DNA from: Arenicellales bacterium
GTDB lineage: Bacteria; Pseudomonadota; Gammaproteobacteria; Arenicellales; Poriferihabitantaceae
Reading direction: 5' to 3'
Assembly: GCA_965116595.1 (NCBI GenBank)
Contig: OZ220708.1
Location: 1,460,596-1,524,595, forward strand
Length of the DNA: 64,000 nt
Positions 10,209 to 20,385 of this stretch are shown piece after piece. The notes under the pieces were generated by a model. That model saw only the letters and a list, made by a program, of their open reading frames with translations. It was not told where the DNA came from and ran no database searches. Numbering within the stretch: the first letter of the stretch is position 1; the number at the start of each line of letters is the position of its first letter. The position numbers and the translations under genes are program-made.

Positions 10209-10505
10209 TTAAGGGGTGATTAGTTCTTTTCGCGGGTCTTGTCGGCCTAATATTCGAATTATCTCCACCTCTGCCCCTTCAATTCGGTAATAAACCGTAT
10301 CGCTGCTATACGTGGCACGGCGATATCCGGCGCGGATTTCATCAACGCCAACATATACCAACGGGCTGTCTGCGATATCCTGAAAATACAGCAAAAGCCC
10401 GTCATAATATTTGTCGGCCTGTTGCAAGCCGAAAGTCAAAATACCGTATTCATAAATTCTATCAAGGTCGGCGAGCGCCGCATCACTTAAGCGGTAACTG
10501 CCCAT
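10209..10505 (-). CDS. parE: Type II toxin, ParE/RelE family
   Basis: 98 aa. 'YRLSDAALADLDRIYEYGILTFGLQQADKYYDGL...YYRIEGAEVEIIRILGRQD' is a typical ParE. It overlaps the upstream antitoxin gene. Confidence 0.85.
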   Translation of the reverse strand: MGSYRLSDAALADLDRIYEYGILTFGLQQADKYYDGLLLYFQDIADSPLVYVGVDEIRAGYRRATYSSDTVYYRIEGAEVEIIRILGRQDPRKELITP

Positions 10506-10743
10506 TGCCTTGCAGCCTCTTGATAACGGTTTGCTTTACATCTTCCGGTGTCCGGCCTGAGAATCCGCTTTCTTCGCCTATAATAAGTGCGGCACGGATT
10601 GTTTGGATTTTTTCTTGTTCTTTTCGAGCTTTGCGGATCAGGTCGTTTACTACCTCGCTACGGCTGGAAAATTCTTCGCTTTCGATTTGCGACTGAATCC
10701 ATTCGTCATTGGGTGGTGAAATAGAAATACTGGCCCTGGTCAT
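10483..10743 (-). CDS. parD: Type II antitoxin, ParD/CopG-like
   Basis: 86 aa. 'ISISPPNDEWIQSQIESEEFSSRSEVVNDLIRKARKEQEK' is a ParD pattern. 23-nt overlap with parE. Confidence 0.8.
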   Translation of the reverse strand: MTRASISISPPNDEWIQSQIESEEFSSRSEVVNDLIRKARKEQEKIQTIRAALIIGEESGFSGRTPEDVKQTVIKRLQGNGQLPLK

Positions 10744-10818
10744 GTCTTTTCTCCAAAAATGAGCGATGTTGTTATGATGTAATATAGCATCATTTTTACG
10801 TATCGGCGATCATTCGAT

Positions 10819-11805
10819 TTAATCTATATCAATGATCACGCAACCATCGAGTCCGCCCTTTTCAATAGACTCATGGGCACTGGCAATATCTCCAAGCGGC
10901 CAGGTCTCGGCGATTCGATGTCTCAGCAGGCCCTTTTCCAAGGCATGATAAATATCATCGACAGCCTGTTGTTTCGCCTGCTCGGGCATGTTGTAGACCA
11001 ATACCATGTTCAGTGAAATATTCTTGAACATCAATGGATAGAACGGGATTACCGGTTCTGGCGCAAGGGAGGATGAATAGGTGGATATCGTGCCGTTGTT
11101 GTTCAGCAACGCTGCGCTTGTCTTTGCATTGACCCCGAATTCCACGTCAACAATATGGTCCACTCCCGCTCCGCCGGTAACCCGGTGAATTTCGTCGATC
11201 AGATTATCCTGCCGATAATTCAATACTGTATCTGCGCCGGTCTGTCCGGCAATCCGGCAACGGGCATCGCTTCCCGCGGTCGCGATCACGTAAGCGCCGG
11301 CCAGTTTTGCCCATTGCGCCGCATAATAACCCACCCGCCCGGAAGCCCCTGTCACCAGGACGTGCCTGCCGGATAAATTGCCGGCATTATGCACACAGCG
11401 GTGGGCGGTCATCATCGGAATACCGATACAGGCGCCCACGTCGAAACCCGTATTGTCCGGCAGCGCCGGGGCCATCGCTAAAGGCAGCGTGACATACTGT
11501 GCGGCGGTACCGCAGTTGCGGGCGAATTGCGCCTGAAAAACCCAGACCCGCTGACCACAGTGCCGTTCAGGAACGCCCTCACCGACCGCGTCAATCACTC
11601 CGGCGCCATCACTATGAGGAATCACGAAACCATCCTCGAAGCCGGCTGGCTGCGCCCCGGCTCTTTTTTTCACATCGGAGGGATTCACCGCAGAAGTATG
11701 CAGCCGGACCCTCACTTCGCCTCTTTCCGGCTCTGGCACGGCACGGTCGCCATATTGCAGAACTTCGCGGGCCACGCCCTGCTTTTCATACCATGCCGCT
11801 TTCAT
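10819..11805 (-). CDS. NADPH:quinone reductase / zinc-type alcohol dehydrogenase superfamily (MDR)
   Basis: 328 aa. 'VRVRLHTSAVNPSD' and the nucleotide-binding 'VLVTGASGRVGYYAAQWAK'. Confidence 0.85.
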   Translation of the reverse strand: MKAAWYEKQGVAREVLQYGDRAVPEPERGEVRVRLHTSAVNPSDVKKRAGAQPAGFEDGFVIPHSDGAGVIDAVGEGVPERHCGQRVWVFQAQFARNCGTAAQYVTLPLAMAPALPDNTGFDVGACIGIPMMTAHRCVHNAGNLSGRHVLVTGASGRVGYYAAQWAKLAGAYVIATAGSDARCRIAGQTGADTVLNYRQDNLIDEIHRVTGGAGVDHIVDVEFGVNAKTSAALLNNNGTISTYSSSLAPEPVIPFYPLMFKNISLNMVLVYNMPEQAKQQAVDDIYHALEKGLLRHRIAETWPLGDIASAHESIEKGGLDGCVIIDID

Positions 11806-11829
11806 TTTCCCTGATTACCCATGATGATT

Positions 11830-12621
11830 TTAAAGTGCGGTATAGCCTCCATCGACGACCAGGGAGTGTCCGCTGACAAACCTTGACGCCGCGGCGCACA
11901 AAAAGATAACCGGCCCGACAAAATCCTCAGGCAGACCCCGCCTGCCCAACGGTGTCCACTTCAACAACTCGCGCTCCAGTTCAGGGGTCGTGCACAGTTC
12001 GGTTTTACCTCCCATCGGATGGGTCGTATATCCGGGATTGACCGTGTTCACCCGTATATCATACTGTCCCCATTCCGCCGCAAGTTGCCGACACATCATA
12101 TCCACACCGCCCTTGGAGGCGCCATAAGCGGTCAGTCCATCGAATGCAGCCAGGCTGCCGTTTGACGAAGTCATCACGATCGAACCGCCCCTGCCCTGTT
12201 TGATGAGTTGTGTTCCCGCTGCCTGGGCACAGTAGAAACAGCCCGTGAGATTGACATTGATAACCGTATGCCATTCTTCTTCGGCAATGTCTTCAGGCTT
12301 CGCCACCCGGTTCACGCCGTGGTTGATGACCACGCTTTCAATACTGCCGAATCGTTCAACCGCCGTATCGATCAAATCGTCACAGCGACTGCGGATCACA
12401 GCATCAAACACGCAGTGAATCGCGGTTCCCCCGTTTTGCCGTATTTCCGCCGCGGTTTCCTCAACCTTGCTCCGGGTCCGGCCCGCCACCACTACGTTGG
12501 CGCCCGCCGCGCCCAGGCCGAGCGCCATCGCCTTACCCAGGCCATAACCGCCGCCGGTGACGACAATACTCTGCCCGTCCAGGTCGAACAGGGGCTGTCC
12601 CCCGACAGAATCTTCAGACAT
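11830..12621 (-). CDS. SDR-family oxidoreductase
   Basis: 263 aa. 'VVTGGGYGLGKA' (TGxxxGxG) and the catalytic 'YGASKGG' (YxxxK). Confidence 0.85.
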   Translation of the reverse strand: MSEDSVGGQPLFDLDGQSIVVTGGGYGLGKAMALGLGAAGANVVVAGRTRSKVEETAAEIRQNGGTAIHCVFDAVIRSRCDDLIDTAVERFGSIESVVINHGVNRVAKPEDIAEEEWHTVINVNLTGCFYCAQAAGTQLIKQGRGGSIVMTSSNGSLAAFDGLTAYGASKGGVDMMCRQLAAEWGQYDIRVNTVNPGYTTHPMGGKTELCTTPELERELLKWTPLGRRGLPEDFVGPVIFLCAAASRFVSGHSLVVDGGYTAL

Positions 12622-12691
12622 GATTTTCTCCCGTAGTACGTTTATGCAAACCGGTATCGCACAGCGACTCTAGCATAATCGCACGGCCGGT

Positions 12692-13189
12692 TCAGCGATA
12701 ACGGATCGCGGTGATCCTGTAAGTTTCCTCGCTATCGCGCATTCTCAACACGACTTCATCGCCGACTTCCTTTTTTAACAGGGCCCGCGCCATCGGTGAG
12801 TCCACGCTGATGTGTCCTCTGCTGCTGTCACTATCGATCTCATCGCCGCCGACAATCCGGTATTCGACTGCTTCGCCATTGTCTTTTTCCAGGCTGACCC
12901 ATGCGCTGAAAAACACCCGATTCTCATCCCCGACTCCGGAAACGACGGTCAGGTTCGGCAATCGCTTCTGAAGATAGCGGATGCGGCGGTCAATTTCCGC
13001 CAATTGCCTTTTACGGTAAATATACTCTGCGTTTTCCGAACGGTCCCCTTCCGCCGCCGCTGCCGCCAACGCCCTGGTGACTCCGGAACGCTTCTTCCAG
13101 ATCGCGATTTCCTCGCGCTGCAATGTCTCGAACCCCTGTTCGGTAATATAGGGCGTCGATGGTTTTTGCGGGGGTCTGTACCGGCTCAT
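12692..13189 (-). CDS. greB: Transcription elongation (cleavage) factor GreB
   Basis: 165 aa. 'YITEQGFETLQRE...AAAEGDRSENAEYIYRKRQLAEIDRRIRYL' and a C-terminal 'ISVDSPMARALLKKEVGDEV'. Confidence 0.85.
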   Translation of the reverse strand: MSRYRPPQKPSTPYITEQGFETLQREEIAIWKKRSGVTRALAAAAAEGDRSENAEYIYRKRQLAEIDRRIRYLQKRLPNLTVVSGVGDENRVFFSAWVSLEKDNGEAVEYRIVGGDEIDSDSSRGHISVDSPMARALLKKEVGDEVVLRMRDSEETYRITAIRYR

Positions 13190-13192
13190 GTT

Positions 13193-14965
13193 TCAAAAAG
13201 CTTCTCGTTGCTGTAATTTCCACATTTGTCCGTATAATCCTGACCGGGTGACCAGATAATCATGGCTGCCGCGCTCTGCAATGCTTCCCTGGTCGAGCAC
13301 GATTATCTCGTCAGCGCCGACCACCGTTGACAACCGATGGGCAATCACCAGCGTCGTATTGTCAGCCGACACGCTTTTCAGGGCTTTTTGAATCGCAACC
13401 TCCGAACGGCTGTCCAATGAAGAAGTCGCCTCGTCGAAAATCAGAATCCTCGCTCCCTTGAGCGCGACCCGGGCAATGGCGACCCGTTGCTTCTCTCCGC
13501 CGGAAAGTTTCAGACCCCGTTCACCAACCAGGATATCGTAACCCTGGGGGTGGGAAGAAATAAAATCATGGATCTGGGCAACCCTGGCCGCTCCCGCGAT
13601 TTGTTCATCCGTCGATCCGGGGCGGCCATAATCGATATTGTACCGGATAGTCTCATTGAACAGCACCGTATCCTGCGGCACGACACCCATTACAGACCGC
13701 ACGCTTTCCTGAGTCAGTGATTTTATATCCTGACCGTCTATTGAAATCGATCCGGCATCCGGGTCATACAGCCGCAGCAATAATTTAGCCAGTGTCGATT
13801 TGCCTGATCCCGAAGGCCCGACCACGGCCAGGGTGCTGCCGCCGGGAATAGTGAAATTGATGTCTTTCAGCGTTTCCAGGTCCTGCTGGTATGAGAAACT
13901 GACCCGGTCAAATCTGATTTCTCCTCGCTTGAGCGACAGCGGCATCGCACCCGGTTGATCGGTAATCTCCGGATCCACATCGATCAAATCAAACATGCGC
14001 TCCATATCCACCAGGGCATGATTCAAATCCCGATAAACCGAGCCGAGAAAATTGAGCGGGATATAGAGTTGAATCAAAAATGCGTTGACCATGACGAAAT
14101 CGCCGATGGTCAAGTCGCCTTGTTTAACCCCGGAAGCGGCCATGATCATCAGAACGGTCAGCCCGATGGCAATGATCAGCCCTTGTCCCGCATTCAGGAA
14201 TGAGAGCGACAGGCTGTTCTTGAATGAGGCATCGGACCATCGCTGCAAGGCCCGGTCATAGCCTTCTCTTTCCAGCCTTTCGTTGGTGAACATCTTTACG
14301 GTTTCGTAGTTGATCAGCGAATCCAGCGCCCAGGTATTCGCCGAAGATTCGGATTCGTTCATCTGCACTCTGAACTTGGTGCGCCAACGGGTAATCCAGA
14401 AAGTGCAAAAACTGTAGATCACAATCACAATGAGAGTGATCACAACGTAGCGCGCATCCAGTTGCTGCCAGAGGATGCCCAGCACGACCGTGATTTCAAT
14501 GGCCACAGGCATGATGTTGAATACGACCATTCTCAGGAAATTGGTGACCGCCGTACTGCCCCGGTCAATATCCCTGGACAGCGCACCGATTTTTCGATCC
14601 AGGTGAAACGACAATGACAGGTTGTGTAGGTGTTCGAATACCCTGGAAGATATATTCATGGCTATCTTTATCCCGGTCCGGGAAAACACCACATTGCGAA
14701 TCTCATTGAACAGGATGGTGCTGAATCGCAGCAGGCCGTAAGCAATCAGCAAAGCGACAGGCACGGCGATAATCGGCTCTGCATCCAGGTCGTCGACGAT
14801 CCATTTCAACGTCACCGGCACCGTCACATTGGCCACGCGGGCCAGCACCAGAAACAACAGCGCCACGGCGACTCGCGTTCGATGCTTCCACAGGTACGGC
14901 AGCAATCGTCCCGATACACTCCAGTTGCCTTTTTGATCGGTGGAAACCTGTATGCGGGGAGTCAT
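13193..14965 (-). CDS. ABC transporter, fused permease/ATPase (ABCB, Atm1/HMT1-like exporter)
   Basis: 590 aa with a 6-TM N-terminal domain. Walker A 'GPSGSGKST', signature 'LSGGEKQRVAIAR', Walker B 'ILIFDEATS'. Confidence 0.85.
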   Translation of the reverse strand: MTPRIQVSTDQKGNWSVSGRLLPYLWKHRTRVAVALLFLVLARVANVTVPVTLKWIVDDLDAEPIIAVPVALLIAYGLLRFSTILFNEIRNVVFSRTGIKIAMNISSRVFEHLHNLSLSFHLDRKIGALSRDIDRGSTAVTNFLRMVVFNIMPVAIEITVVLGILWQQLDARYVVITLIVIVIYSFCTFWITRWRTKFRVQMNESESSANTWALDSLINYETVKMFTNERLEREGYDRALQRWSDASFKNSLSLSFLNAGQGLIIAIGLTVLMIMAASGVKQGDLTIGDFVMVNAFLIQLYIPLNFLGSVYRDLNHALVDMERMFDLIDVDPEITDQPGAMPLSLKRGEIRFDRVSFSYQQDLETLKDINFTIPGGSTLAVVGPSGSGKSTLAKLLLRLYDPDAGSISIDGQDIKSLTQESVRSVMGVVPQDTVLFNETIRYNIDYGRPGSTDEQIAGAARVAQIHDFISSHPQGYDILVGERGLKLSGGEKQRVAIARVALKGARILIFDEATSSLDSRSEVAIQKALKSVSADNTTLVIAHRLSTVVGADEIIVLDQGSIAERGSHDYLVTRSGLYGQMWKLQQREAF

Positions 14966-15040
14966 CGGGTATGGACGGGTATGGAAAGGGGTCAGGGATA
15001 TAAGATATAGTAACTGATAATTACAATAAGGTTTTCTGTT

Positions 15041-15238
15041 ATGTCAAATCCACCCGAAAACAGGTTGCGTTACCGATTGCTGACCGGTCCTGACGACGTT
15101 TCCTTTTGCCGCCGGGTCAGCGAAGCGCTGGAAACGGGCTATCGGCTTTACGGGTCTCCGGCGATGACCTTCGATGGCAATTCGGTGATCGTGTCCCAGG
15201 CCGTGATCTGGCCTGACCGGGAAACCGGGGACGAGTGA
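15041..15238 (+). CDS. DUF1737-like small protein
   Basis: 65 aa. '[32 protein letters not shown]' matches my recollection of the DUF1737 pattern. 4-nt overlap with trhO. Confidence 0.55.
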   Translation: MSNPPENRLRYRLLTGPDDVSFCRRVSEALETGYRLYGSPAMTFDGNSVIVSQAVIWPDRETGDE

Positions 15239-16182
15239 TACGGGTAATGACTTTGCCTGCAGACAACATTGTAGTTTGCACATTTTATAAGTTCACGCCG
15301 CTCGATCACTACGTCTCCCTTCAGCAGCCGATCCTGGATCAATTGTCCGGCAATCGTATCGCAGGCACTTTGTTGCTTGCGAAAGAAGGGATCAATGGCA
15401 CTATCGCCGGCGAGCGGGAAGCCATTGATCAATTTCTGGAGTGGCTGGGGGGGCAGGCCGGACTTTCGGGTATTGAACAAAAGAGATCCGAAACCGACCG
15501 GGCGCCATTCAAACGCACCCGGGTCAAGCTGAAAAAAGAAATCGTCACCATGGGGGTCGACGGCATCGATCCGTCGGTCCTGGCGGGGACCTATATTGAT
15601 CCTGAAGACTGGAATGCGCTGATCGAAGACCCTGAAACCCTTCTGGTGGACACCCGCAACGAATACGAGATCGAAGTGGGGCGCTTTGAAAACGCGGTTA
15701 ACCCCCATACCACAAATTTCAGGGAGTTTCCGCAATACGCATTGGAGAACCTGGACCCGGAAAAACACAAAAAGATCGCGATGTACTGCACCGGCGGCAT
15801 TCGCTGCGAAAAAGCCACGGCGTTCCTGAAACAAAACGGTTTTGAATCCGTATATCATCTTAAAGGCGGAATCCTGAAGTATCTTGAAACTGTCCCTGTG
15901 TCGGAGTCCAGGTGGCAAGGTGAATGCTTCGTGTTCGATGAGAGGGTCACTGTCGACCATGATTTGAACAAAGGCAGTTACCGCCAGTGTCATGGCTGCA
16001 GGATGCCGATCAGCGAACAGGACATGGCCAGCGAGCATTACCGGGCGGGCGTGAGTTGCCCCAAATGTCATGGCAAGCGCTCAGAACAGGACAAGGCCAG
16101 GTATGCAGAACGGGAGAGGCAGGTTCAATTGGCGGAAGACCGCGGAGAGGAACATCTGGGGCCAGGGGCTATGGGTGGGTGA
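15235..16182 (+). CDS. trhO: Rhodanese-domain tRNA uridine(34) hydroxylase (YceA/TrhO family)
   Basis: 315 aa. '[10 protein letters not shown]', '[16 protein letters not shown]', the rhodanese active-site loop '[12 protein letters not shown]', and a C-terminal Cys cluster. Confidence 0.85.
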   Translation: MIRVMTLPADNIVVCTFYKFTPLDHYVSLQQPILDQLSGNRIAGTLLLAKEGINGTIAGEREAIDQFLEWLGGQAGLSGIEQKRSETDRAPFKRTRVKLKKEIVTMGVDGIDPSVLAGTYIDPEDWNALIEDPETLLVDTRNEYEIEVGRFENAVNPHTTNFREFPQYALENLDPEKHKKIAMYCTGGIRCEKATAFLKQNGFESVYHLKGGILKYLETVPVSESRWQGECFVFDERVTVDHDLNKGSYRQCHGCRMPISEQDMASEHYRAGVSCPKCHGKRSEQDKARYAERERQVQLAEDRGEEHLGPGAMGG

Positions 16183-16424
16183 TTTAATTGCATAAATTGG
16201 ATATTTCTGCTTGTTTGTATCATTCATTCCTGAATTATGATAGTATATTCCTGTCAGAGCTTATCTGACAAGCAGGAATCGACGGCACTCCCAGTCTTTT
16301 CTGGTATTCCGAAGGCCTTTCAGCCTGTGTCATCTTTATCCCATTGAAGATGTTTTTCCCGGATGGGTCAGCGCATCTGTGATTCTGTGGGTATTTATCA
16401 CTAAACAACAAACAGGAGTTTGTT

Positions 16425-16883
16425 ATGTCCAAAGAAAATAAAAACAGTTCTTTCTACGATCTTCACATCAGCGGGATCGGATTTCTCAACCGGATTCGTA
16501 TGGTGACGCCGAAGAACGGCAATCCATTCATGGCCGTCACTGTCGGACTTCAGGATGGCGAGGTCGTTGAAGGGGACTATTCGAAGGTGTCCACGTCTTA
16601 CCTCGATTGTCGTGTATTCGGTTCGCGGGCGTTCGATATTCTGAATGACCATGTCCTTGAAGGGGATGTCGATCAGGAGAATACAATGATACGGGCGGTA
16701 GTCAAAACAGGAGGCCTGGATGTTGATTCGTTCACCTATGCACAGGGGCCGAAGCAGGGCCAGACCGGGGTATCGCTGAGAAGTCGACTGCTCCAGGTCA
16801 AGCATCTCTACATTGGCGGCAATGAGGTTGATCTATCCGGTTATCAGGATGCAAACAAGCAGGCGGGTGACGGGCGCGGGTAA
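16425..16883 (+). CDS. DUF3577-type ICE-associated protein (putative ssDNA-binding/replication-associated)
   Basis: 152 aa. 'FYDLHISGIGFLNRIRMVTPKNGNPFMAVTV...YLDCRVFGS...GQTGVSLRSRLLQV' matches the DUF3577 family seen in PAPI-1/SPI-7/ICEclc-type elements (from memory). Confidence 0.65.
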   Translation: MSKENKNSSFYDLHISGIGFLNRIRMVTPKNGNPFMAVTVGLQDGEVVEGDYSKVSTSYLDCRVFGSRAFDILNDHVLEGDVDQENTMIRAVVKTGGLDVDSFTYAQGPKQGQTGVSLRSRLLQVKHLYIGGNEVDLSGYQDANKQAGDGRG

Positions 16884-16889
16884 ACTTTG

Positions 16890-16915
16890 CCGTGCGGGGC
16901 TACGGCCCTGCACGG
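16890..16915. terminator. GC-rich hairpin between the convergent DUF3577 gene and trbB (possible bidirectional terminator)
   Basis: 'ccgtgcggggc-tacg-gccctgcacgg' forms an 11-bp stem (one G-U pair) with a 4-nt loop. There is no clean U tract, so its function is uncertain. Confidence 0.35.
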
Positions 16916-17871
16916 TCCTCCATCCGGACCTGTGCCATCGACATGACATATCGTTGACCGCTCTGCGGATGACGGGAAACATAGACCAACAGGTCCACCG
17001 CCTCTGTGATGACATCCCGAATAATTCCGACCTGACTCGGCGCCTGTGCGTTTTCGGCGCAGAGCTGCTCCAGCCGTTTCAACGCGGGGGCTTTTGCAAT
17101 GCTGTTTGAATCCGCCGCATCCGCATGTATCGTACACACGCCGCCCGCATGCCCGGTATTCCAGGCCTTCATCAACTCCCAGGCTTCACCGGAACGCACT
17201 TCGCCAATCAATATCCGGTCAGGCCGCTGGCGCAGCGCGGAACGCAGCAATTCGACCATTGGCGTATCTTTGGTTGCGCGGCTGACCACCTTGTTTCTGG
17301 CATGGCACTGTAATTCTGTGAGGTCTTCAAGGATGTACAGCCGCTCATGCGGAAACTGTTCGACGATGCGATGAATGACTGCATTCGCAAGCGTGGTTTT
17401 GCCGGATCCGGTTGAACCGGCGATAATGATATTGCGGTAATCTGCAACGGCTTCATGGATGATTATTTTCTGCTGCTCTGTCATGCAGCCTGCGGCCGCA
17501 TATTCATCGAGGGTGATCAACCGGGATGCTTTTTTCCGGATGGAAAATGTCGGGCCGCCGACCGCGACCGGGGGAATGTTCGCTTCGAACCTCGATCCAT
17601 CCGGCAACTCGCAACTCAGGACCGGATTGTCCGGTGTGATGGTGACCTGGCGCCAGCCGGCAATCGCATTGATTGCCGTCATGGTGTCATTCTCGTCCAG
17701 ATATCCGGCCTCGGTCATGGGCTGACCAAGACGTTCAATCCAGATGACGCCGTCCGCATTACGAAGGATGTCAGTCACGTTATTGTCAGATAACGCCTGT
17801 CCTACCACGCTGCCCAGCGCCCGGTCGATTTGAGCCAGTACGCGCCTGAACGGCCTGTTCACCAAAGTCAA
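16900..17871 (-). CDS. trbB: T4SS ATPase VirB11/TrbB
   Basis: 323 aa. Walker A 'GSTGSGKTTLANA', 'ILIGEVRSGEAWELMKAWNTGHAGGVCTIHA' (VirB11 His box). Confidence 0.85.
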   Translation of the reverse strand: MTLVNRPFRRVLAQIDRALGSVVGQALSDNNVTDILRNADGVIWIERLGQPMTEAGYLDENDTMTAINAIAGWRQVTITPDNPVLSCELPDGSRFEANIPPVAVGGPTFSIRKKASRLITLDEYAAAGCMTEQQKIIIHEAVADYRNIIIAGSTGSGKTTLANAVIHRIVEQFPHERLYILEDLTELQCHARNKVVSRATKDTPMVELLRSALRQRPDRILIGEVRSGEAWELMKAWNTGHAGGVCTIHADAADSNSIAKAPALKRLEQLCAENAQAPSQVGIIRDVITEAVDLLVYVSRHPQSGQRYVMSMAQVRMEDRAGP

Positions 17872-17880
17872 TACACCTCA

Positions 17881-17925
17881 CCGCGGGCAACCACGGGGGG
17901 ATTGCCCCTACGAATAAGGGGCGGG
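17881..17925. repeat. REP-like GC-rich palindromic element (family copy)
   Basis: 'ccgcgggcaaccacggggggattgcccctacgaataaggggcggg'. Related copies are at 23001-23130, 46515-46598 and 47889-47940. Confidence 0.6.
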
Positions 17926-18029
17926 AATTCATCATCGTCCGCCATCTATATGTCCCGTTACATAAAATACTATCATATTTATACCATATTCAAGGAGAAT
18001 CGTGTACTGTACCCTGTTTATACTATTAT

Positions 18030-19895
18030 ATGAAAAATCAGAGCAAAGAAAACGCGGATTACGGCTTGCGGGGCAGCCGCGATCCGGTCAACGCAGACAA
18101 GTCGAAATTCCGGCTGCAGGATGTTCTTGCCACGGCCGCGATGGGGGTCATTTGTTCAATCTTCATCACCCGGGAGTTTGCCGAACTGATGAGTTACCGC
18201 GAGGCATTGGGACCGCGTTTGTACGGCAATGTCTATCTACCCTGGTATTGGGTGGCCTGGAGTATTGAATTCGACCTGTTAAAGCATCCTTCGATCAAGG
18301 AAGTCCTGTCCCGATACGGCGGTTACCTGGCGCTGTGCTTCGGCGCTTATATCCTGTTCACACAGTATCTGCGCAGCGAAGGGCAGGAGACGCATCGCTC
18401 GCTGCACGGTTCGGCAAAATTCGCTGCCCTGAAGGATATCCGGAAGATGGAGTTACTGGACAACGACGGGGTGGTGCTGGGCGCCTGGCGGGGGCGAAGC
18501 GGAAAACGATATATCCTGCGCCATGACGGACCTGAACACGTATTGATGGTAGCCCCGACCGGGAGCGGGAAGGGAGTCAGCGTAGTGACCCCGACGTTGT
18601 TGACCTGGCCCCACAGTTGCGTCGTTTACGACCTGAAGAAGGAAAACTGGGCGCTTTCGTCACGATGGCGGAAGCAGCACGCCAACAATGTCGTATTACG
18701 GTTCGAGCCCGCGTGCAACGATGGCTCCGGCGCCAGCTACAATCCACTGGCCGAAGTCCGTCTGGGCACTGACCACGACATCCAGGATGTGCAAAACATC
18801 GCTGCAATCATTATGGATTACGGCGCAAACACCGACAGGGGCGGCAGTGGGTATTTCAACGAAGCGGCATACTCATTATTGACCGCGCATCTCCTGCATG
18901 TGTGCTACGAGTGTAAATTAAAAGATGAACTGGCGTCATTGACGGATGTCGCTGAAGCGCTTAGCGACCCGGACGCAGATTTCACGGAGATACTGGAGAG
19001 GATGGGCAACACAATGCATATCAATGGGGAACCTCACCCGCTATGCCGTGCAGAAGCGTCATCATTGCTCAATATGCTCGATGCGGGCGCCGGTCGGCAG
19101 TTCGTCGGAGTTCTGGATACGGTCAGGGCCAAACTGACACTGTATCGGGATCCGATCATCAGAAAAAACATCGCCCGGTCCGACTTTCGGATAGTCGACC
19201 TGATGAACCATGAAAACCCCTTGACCCTGTATGTCTGTGTAGGAAGTTCGGATAAAACCCGATTGCGCCCGTTGACCCGGTTATTGTTTTCCCAGATCGT
19301 CCGTACACTGACCGGTGAGGTTGAATACGATCATGGTGTCAGTTCACCCTCATACAAGCATGAGTTATTGCTGTTGATCGATGAGTTTCCATCACTCGGC
19401 CGCATGGCAATCATGAATGAAGCAATCGCATTCCTGCGTGGTTACGGCATCAAATGCCTGTTCATTATCCAGGATTTCACCCAACTGCGGGACAGCGAAG
19501 CATACGGCAGTAATGAGTCGATTACCGCAAATTGCGGCGTCAGAATTGCTTTTGCTCCGAACACCCTTGCCACCGCGAAGGAGTTGTCAGAGATGACTGG
19601 AACGGCAACCATCGCAAAACCGGAGTCGTCCCGGGCTTCGACCCCGGGAATCCTGCATTCGCCAAAGCAGAGTATCTCGATCAGGGAAATCTCCCGCGCC
19701 CTTCTGACGCCGGATGAAGTCATGCGCATTCGAAGCATACGCAAGGTCGGGCAAAAATTGATTGCGGGGGATTCTCTCGTGTTCCTGACCGGCGAGCCGG
19801 TGATATACGGCAGGCAGATTCTGCATTTTGAAGATCCGGTAATCGGACCACGCAGCAGGCTCGGGGCGCTGGACAAATCAGATGTTATCAATTAA
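18030..19895 (+). CDS. traG: T4SS coupling protein VirD4/TraG
   Basis: 621 aa with N-terminal TM segments. Walker A 'VAPTGSGKGVSVVTPTLL' and 'LLLIDEFPSLG' (Walker B). Confidence 0.9.
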   Translation: MKNQSKENADYGLRGSRDPVNADKSKFRLQDVLATAAMGVICSIFITREFAELMSYREALGPRLYGNVYLPWYWVAWSIEFDLLKHPSIKEVLSRYGGYLALCFGAYILFTQYLRSEGQETHRSLHGSAKFAALKDIRKMELLDNDGVVLGAWRGRSGKRYILRHDGPEHVLMVAPTGSGKGVSVVTPTLLTWPHSCVVYDLKKENWALSSRWRKQHANNVVLRFEPACNDGSGASYNPLAEVRLGTDHDIQDVQNIAAIIMDYGANTDRGGSGYFNEAAYSLLTAHLLHVCYECKLKDELASLTDVAEALSDPDADFTEILERMGNTMHINGEPHPLCRAEASSLLNMLDAGAGRQFVGVLDTVRAKLTLYRDPIIRKNIARSDFRIVDLMNHENPLTLYVCVGSSDKTRLRPLTRLLFSQIVRTLTGEVEYDHGVSSPSYKHELLLLIDEFPSLGRMAIMNEAIAFLRGYGIKCLFIIQDFTQLRDSEAYGSNESITANCGVRIAFAPNTLATAKELSEMTGTATIAKPESSRASTPGILHSPKQSISIREISRALLTPDEVMRIRSIRKVGQKLIAGDSLVFLTGEPVIYGRQILHFEDPVIGPRSRLGALDKSDVIN

Positions 19896-20385
19896 AGCCC
19901 TGTGCCTCTGGTTTGCGCCGGTACTCGCGGGCGGCCTGATCACCTGCCATGCACTTGACTACCGCGTCAACCTGACACCCTCCGTGGACGGATTGATCTG
20001 GAAAATAAATACCGGCGCCGGGCCCATTCGTGGCGACTTGGCGCTGGTCTGCCTGCCGGAGGATTTTGTAACACGGCATCGACTGGATCATCATGTCGCT
20101 CATACTGTTACCAATACCTGCGGCGGAATTACGCCGTTGCTGAAGCGTGTGGTCGGCATGTCCGGGGATCACATTGAAATCAATGACGGCGGGATCATGA
20201 TCAATTACACCCTGTTGCCGCACACTGCAAGGGTCATCGCCCCCGCAATCGCGATGGACCGCCGATATGTCCTGCCAGCCAACCAATACATTCTCGCAGG
20301 AGATACCGCTAATAGTCTCGACAGCCGTTACTTCGGCGCGATTGACGCATCATGGGTTGCGGGTACTGCCCGAAACGTTTTTTGA
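19882..20385 (+). CDS. traF: Conjugative transfer signal peptidase TraF (S26 family)
   Basis: 167 aa. Signal anchor, then 'GDTANSLDSRYFGAIDASWVAG', typical of S26/TraF peptidases. Overlaps the traG stop. Confidence 0.7.
   Translation: MLSIKALCLWFAPVLAGGLITCHALDYRVNLTPSVDGLIWKINTGAGPIRGDLALVCLPEDFVTRHRLDHHVAHTVTNTCGGITPLLKRVVGMSGDHIEINDGGIMINYTLLPHTARVIAPAIAMDRRYVLPANQYILAGDTANSLDSRYFGAIDASWVAGTARNVF

Noticed and set aside
15148-16071. 307-aa ORF on the minus strand
   Set aside because: It is entirely antisense to the well-supported trhO gene. It has no recognisable motif and has the low-complexity R/P/G-rich composition typical of antisense frames in GC-rich DNA.
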